Below are positions 56,156 to 60,406 of a DNA stretch of 60,406 bases, piece after piece (positions within the stretch are counted from its first letter, which is position 1; every line of letters begins with the position of its first letter). Source of the stretch: Basidiobolus meristosporus CBS 931.73 (lineage: Eukaryota > Fungi > Basidiobolomycota); NCBI GenBank assembly GCA_002104905.1, contig MCFE01000542.1, forward strand, positions 1 to 60,406, read 5' to 3'. The translations under genes and the position numbers were made by a program. The notes beneath the pieces were generated by a model. The model was not told the origin of the DNA. It saw only the letters and a list, made by a program, of their open reading frames with translations, and searched no databases.

Positions 56156-59100
56156 TTACTGATAGTCGGAAATAGGCGGGCACGAGCAGACTAGGTTACG
56201 GTCACCATATGCATCATCGATTCTCGAGACGCTAGGCCAGAACTTCCGTTCTCTCAACCAGCCCTTGGGATAGGCAGCTTGCTCGCGAGAGTACGGTTGC
56301 TTCCACTCATCAGCCATTAGGCGATCAAGTGTGTGGGGTGAATTCTTTAGAATGTTCTGCTGCTTGGGTTGTTTGCCCTCTTCAATTTCTCGGATTTCCT
56401 CCCGGATGGATATCATGGCATCGCAGAAGCGATCGAGCTCTGCCTTGGATTCGGACTCGGTGGGTTCGATCATAAGTGTGTTGGCAACAGGCCAGGACAT
56501 TGTCGGTGAATGGAAGCCGTAATCCTGGAGACGTTTGGCCACATCGATCGCCTCAACTCCTGCGGTGGCGCCGAAGGGACGGATGTCGAGGATAAACTCG
56601 TGAGCACACATGCCATTTTCGTTGGTGTAGAGAACCTTGTAGTGATCCTGGAGACGACTTCTCATGTAGTTGGCATTGAGGATGGCTTGTTGCGTGGCCT
56701 CAGTAATTCCCTTTCCACCCATCATCTTGATGTAGGCCCAAGAAATCGGGAGGATACTGGCTGAGCCAAAAGGTGCGGCCGAAATTGGGCCAATGGCCTT
56801 TTCCCCGCCAGTCTTGACCAAGGGATGGCCAGGAAGGAAGGGAGCCAGGTGTGCCTTGACACCAATGGGGCCCATACCTGGTCCACCTCCTCCATGTGGG
56901 ATACAGAAGGTCTTGTGCAAGTTCAAATGGCACACATCCGCTCCGATCTCCCCTGGGGAGCAAAGTCCGATCTGAGCATTCATGTTCGCTCCATCCATGT
57001 ACACTTGGCCACCGTTGTTGTGAATGATGTCACAGAGATCCTTGATGCCGTCTTCGAATACACCAAAGGTGGAGGGGTAAGTAACCATCACAGCCGAGAG
57101 TTGATCCTTGTGCTTCTCAGCCTTCGCCTTCAGATCGTCGAGATCCAAGTTTCCGTTAGGCTTGCAGTTGACAATCACGACCTTCATACCAGCCATGGCA
57201 GCTGAGGCTGGGTTGGTACCGTGTGCCGAGATGGGAATCAGACATACGTTACGCTGGCCCTCGCCACGCGACTCGTGGAAGGCCTTGATGGTACGTAGAC
57301 CAGCATACTCACCCTGAGCACCACTATTGGGTTGAAGGGAAACCTCGTCAAATCCAGTGACCACGGCCAAATCTTGGGCCAGCTCGTCGAGCATGATTTT
57401 GTAACCTTCAACTTGGTCAGCAGGAGCAAAAGGATGGATGTTCCCGAATTCGGGCCAAGTGACTGGAACCATCTCAGTGGTCGCATTCAACTTCATGGTG
57501 CACGATCCGAGTGGAATCATGGAGTGGGTGAGGGAGAGATCCTTCGACTGCAGGTGGTGGATGTACCGGAGCATCTCAGTTTCCGAGTGATAGCTATGGA
57601 AGACCTGGTGTTCTAGGTACTTCGAGGTACGAGCCAAGTTGCTTGGGAAGCTTTGTGCTGGCTTGCTCTCGCTCACTCCGAGTTCAGATGCGAGAACAGA
57701 GACATCTGGAACTGACCCATCCTTGCTGAAAACCTTCAGAAGGTCTTCCAGATCCCTACGAGTAACGGTCTCATCCAGAGTGATACCAACGGTAGATTCA
57801 TCGATGTGACGGAAGTTGATTCCGTTGTCCGCTGCCTTCTTGATCACAGACTCAGAGCCACCGGTGACATTGATAGTGAGAGTATCGAAGAAGGTGTCGT
57901 TCTGGATGGTATGGCCAGCCTTGCGGATACCTTCAGAGAGGATGGTGGTGAGGTTGTGAATTCTCTGGGCGATCTGCTTGATCCCTTCTGGACCATGGTA
58001 TACAGCATACATAGCTGCCATGTTAGCCAACAGCGCCTGAGCTGTACAGATGTTTGAGGTGGCCTTCTCGCGACGAATATGTTGCTCACGTGTTTGAAGA
58101 GCTAGTCGAAGCGCCTTCTTACCGGCAGCATCCTTCGAGACGCCCACGATACGGCCTGGCATTCTTCTGGCGTTATCTTTGGTGCAGGCAAAGAAAGCGG
58201 CATGGGGCCCACCATAGCCGAGTGGAACCCCGAAACGCTGACTGTTACCGAGAACAATATCTGCTCCGAATTCACCAGGTGGCTTGAGCATGGTCAAGGC
58301 GAGTAGGTCGGTAGCACAGACCACTTGGCCACCCAATTGGTGAATCCTATCGGTGAATCCTTGGTAATCAATAACGATACCGTCGTTGGCAGGATACTGA
58401 ATCAGCACACCGGAGAGATCCTTCTGAGCCCCTTCGAAGTCGTAGGTCTTGTAGTTACCAACGACAACGTTGATTCCAAATCCTTCGGCGCGAGTTTTCA
58501 ACACCTCGATGGTCTGTGGATGACAGTTTTCGTCTACGAAGAAGGTCTTCTTTTTGTTTCGGCTAGCGGTGTAGCACATGACCATGGCTTCGCCGGCAGC
58601 AGTGCCTTCATCGAGCAAAGAGGCATTAGCGATCTCCATGCCAGTCAAGTCAGCGACCATGGTTTGATAATTGAGAAGGGATTCCAGTCGACCCTGGGAA
58701 ATCTCGGCTTGATACGGGGTGTACTGAGTATACCACGCGGGGTTTTCCATCACGTTTCTAAGGATAACGTTAGGAACCACAGTGTCAGTGTATCCCATAC
58801 CGATGTATGAGCGATAGACCTTATTCTTGGAAGCAATATCCTTCAAGCGCTTGAGAAGCTCTCTTTCCGGGTACCCGTTATCCAAAGCGAGCGCCTTGGC
58901 GGCACGGATAGAGGAAGGAACAGTCTTTGCAATAAGGTCATCCACTGATTTGACACCAATGGTCTTCAACATGGAGTCCACGGCCTTCTCACCCGACCCA
59001 TTGTGGCGGCGAGGGAAAGAGTCCAAAGGAGCAAACACATCCTTGGCGGGTGGTTTGGCGGTGTGTAAAAATCGGGTGGCAAAACGAGGGGCAACGGAGG

Positions 59101-59203
59101 GCTTCGGAAGTGCTCTAACGACCAAGGGAGTTGCAAAGGACTTCAAAGTGACGGTGGTCCTGGACGTCAGCAAGCGAGCGGCTACACGGACGCTACAAGC
59201 CAT
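56156..59203 (-). CDS. GCV2: Glycine dehydrogenase (glycine cleavage P protein), mitochondrial, 1015 aa
   Basis: [45 protein letters not shown] and [18 protein letters not shown] (PLP lysine); N-terminal presequence. Confidence 0.98.
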   Translation of the reverse strand: MACSVRVAARLLTSRTTVTLKSFATPLVVRALPKPSVAPRFATRFLHTAKPPAKDVFAPLDSFPRRHNGSGEKAVDSMLKTIGVKSVDDLIAKTVPSSIRAAKALALDNGYPERELLKRLKDIASKNKVYRSYIGMGYTDTVVPNVILRNVMENPAWYTQYTPYQAEISQGRLESLLNYQTMVADLTGMEIANASLLDEGTAAGEAMVMCYTASRNKKKTFFVDENCHPQTIEVLKTRAEGFGINVVVGNYKTYDFEGAQKDLSGVLIQYPANDGIVIDYQGFTDRIHQLGGQVVCATDLLALTMLKPPGEFGADIVLGNSQRFGVPLGYGGPHAAFFACTKDNARRMPGRIVGVSKDAAGKKALRLALQTREQHIRREKATSNICTAQALLANMAAMYAVYHGPEGIKQIAQRIHNLTTILSEGIRKAGHTIQNDTFFDTLTINVTGGSESVIKKAADNGINFRHIDESTVGITLDETVTRRDLEDLLKVFSKDGSVPDVSVLASELGVSESKPAQSFPSNLARTSKYLEHQVFHSYHSETEMLRYIHHLQSKDLSLTHSMIPLGSCTMKLNATTEMVPVTWPEFGNIHPFAPADQVEGYKIMLDELAQDLAVVTGFDEVSLQPNSGAQGEYAGLRTIKAFHESRGEGQRNVCLIPISAHGTNPASAAMAGMKVVIVNCKPNGNLDLDDLKAKAEKHKDQLSAVMVTYPSTFGVFEDGIKDLCDIIHNNGGQVYMDGANMNAQIGLCSPGEIGADVCHLNLHKTFCIPHGGGGPGMGPIGVKAHLAPFLPGHPLVKTGGEKAIGPISAAPFGSASILPISWAYIKMMGGKGITEATQQAILNANYMRSRLQDHYKVLYTNENGMCAHEFILDIRPFGATAGVEAIDVAKRLQDYGFHSPTMSWPVANTLMIEPTESESKAELDRFCDAMISIREEIREIEEGKQPKQQNILKNSPHTLDRLMADEWKQPYSREQAAYPKGWLRERKFWPSVSRIDDAYGDRNLVCSCPPISDYQ

Positions 59204-60001
59204 TTTCCTAAAATCAGGGTGATTGGATTAATCCTGGACCGAAGATAAGTGATAATCAGTAGATTACTTACGAGATAAAAGGTTGCTACGGGCTTGGGGG
59301 CTCCTCCCCCTTAGACGCACACAATAAATACAATCTTAATTCCACTGAGTAAAAGTACCAAGAATTTTTATTTATCTTTTGTTATTAAATCTCGACTTTA
59401 CATCCTTTTGAGTCACACCTGTAACATCAATCAACCGAATGCATTCAGGCATCATCATTGGTTGTGAGTGTTAAGCCAGCCAGTAATAGTTAATACTCCC
59501 ATATCTGGACCAGTGTCAGGATTATCTTCGTGTCATCTCGTAGAAGTAATCTCTCTTACTATAAGGAACTCCGAGAGACAGCCACAATCGTCAGTTTATA
59601 CATGGAGTTTTGTCGAGCACCACCGGAATTCTGAAAGTTGCCGATTTGGTGTAACTTTCCCACCTTCTGTCAAACCAATTCTTCGTTTTTCAGCAGATTC
59701 CTTATTGCTTGTAAGAGTGGATTTAGCAAGTCCTGTTTCACCACTTAAACGGGAAGTTAAACTTATCTGCATAGACTGTGCATAGCCAATCTCCATCGAA
59801 ATGTAAACAAATTTTGAAGTCAACACAGATGCTGTTTATTGGACGTGGATGTTTTTGGGTAAAAATCAGGTAGTGCTCAATGTTGATACGGGTGTAGTTC
59901 TTCAACGCGCAGCCACAACATTGTAGTATACTTTCGCGTTCTACTAGTCAACATTCGTATCTCCCAATCCACACAAGATCTTCTTCCCTCACGGCCTATA
60001 G

Positions 60002-60406
60002 ATGGGGAAACTAATACGTTTGGAGTTGGAGAACTTTAAATCCTACAAAGGACGCCAGTTGATTGGCCCCTTTTACACCTTCACCTCGGTCATCGGTCCT
60101 AATGGAGCAGGTAAACTTTTCCTTTCTTCTTCCTCCCAAGTATCAACGCTGATTTATCCTCCTTTTCTTTCCCTTGATCCAGGTAAATCCAACCTTATGG
60201 ATGCCATCAGTTTCGTGCTTTGGTGTGAAGTCGTCCCAGCTTCGTTCTTCTCAACTCAAAGACCTGATTTACAGAGGAAGAACGCTAAGAAAGGATGAAT
60301 CGATGGAAGAGTCTACCCAGGAGGAGGGTCCATGCCCACAAAAGCTTTCGTCACCGCCGTCTACGAGGATGACAGCAAGCAAGAGATCAGGTTCACTCGT
60401 ACCATC
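60002..60406 (+). CDS. SMC1: Cohesin subunit SMC1, 5' part (runs off the window); two apparent 1-nt indels
   Basis: [17 protein letters not shown]|[12 protein letters not shown] (Walker A; 72-nt intron 60111-60182), then [20 protein letters not shown] in a shifted frame and [11 protein letters not shown] back in the start frame. Confidence 0.9.

Overview
Eukaryotic, fungal DNA with short GT-AG introns. The FAS-PPT style, CBM19 proteins and gene structure suggest an early-diverging lineage such as Zoopagomycota/Mucoromycota (Basidiobolus-like); this is inference. (1) 1-12.1 kb: a cluster of 3 tRNA-Leu(CAG), 2 tRNA-Arg(CCG) and 2 U3 snoRNA genes, all on the minus strand. LTRs of several families sit 9-11 bp upstream of four of the five tRNA genes. 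One is an intact, identical-LTR Ty3/gypsy element whose gag and pol are in frame and separated by a single TGA. (2) 12.4-19.0 kb: MRT4, a TTC1-like TPR gene and valyl-tRNA synthetase. (3) 19.2-53.9 kb: a tandem array of six co-oriented genes for secreted proteins built as signal peptide + Cys-rich domain(s) with CFEM-like spacing + Ser/Thr/His-rich repeats + C-terminal CBM19-like chitin-binding module. A ~10 kb nest of one Ty1/copia family splits the array. (4) 55-60.4 kb: a stand-alone FAS-type PPTase domain, a synaptobrevin, glycine dehydrogenase P protein and the 5' end of SMC1. Several 1-nt homopolymer indels, including in SMC1, suggest residual sequencing errors, so frameshifts here should be treated cautiously. 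All identities were judged by eye; no database search was run.
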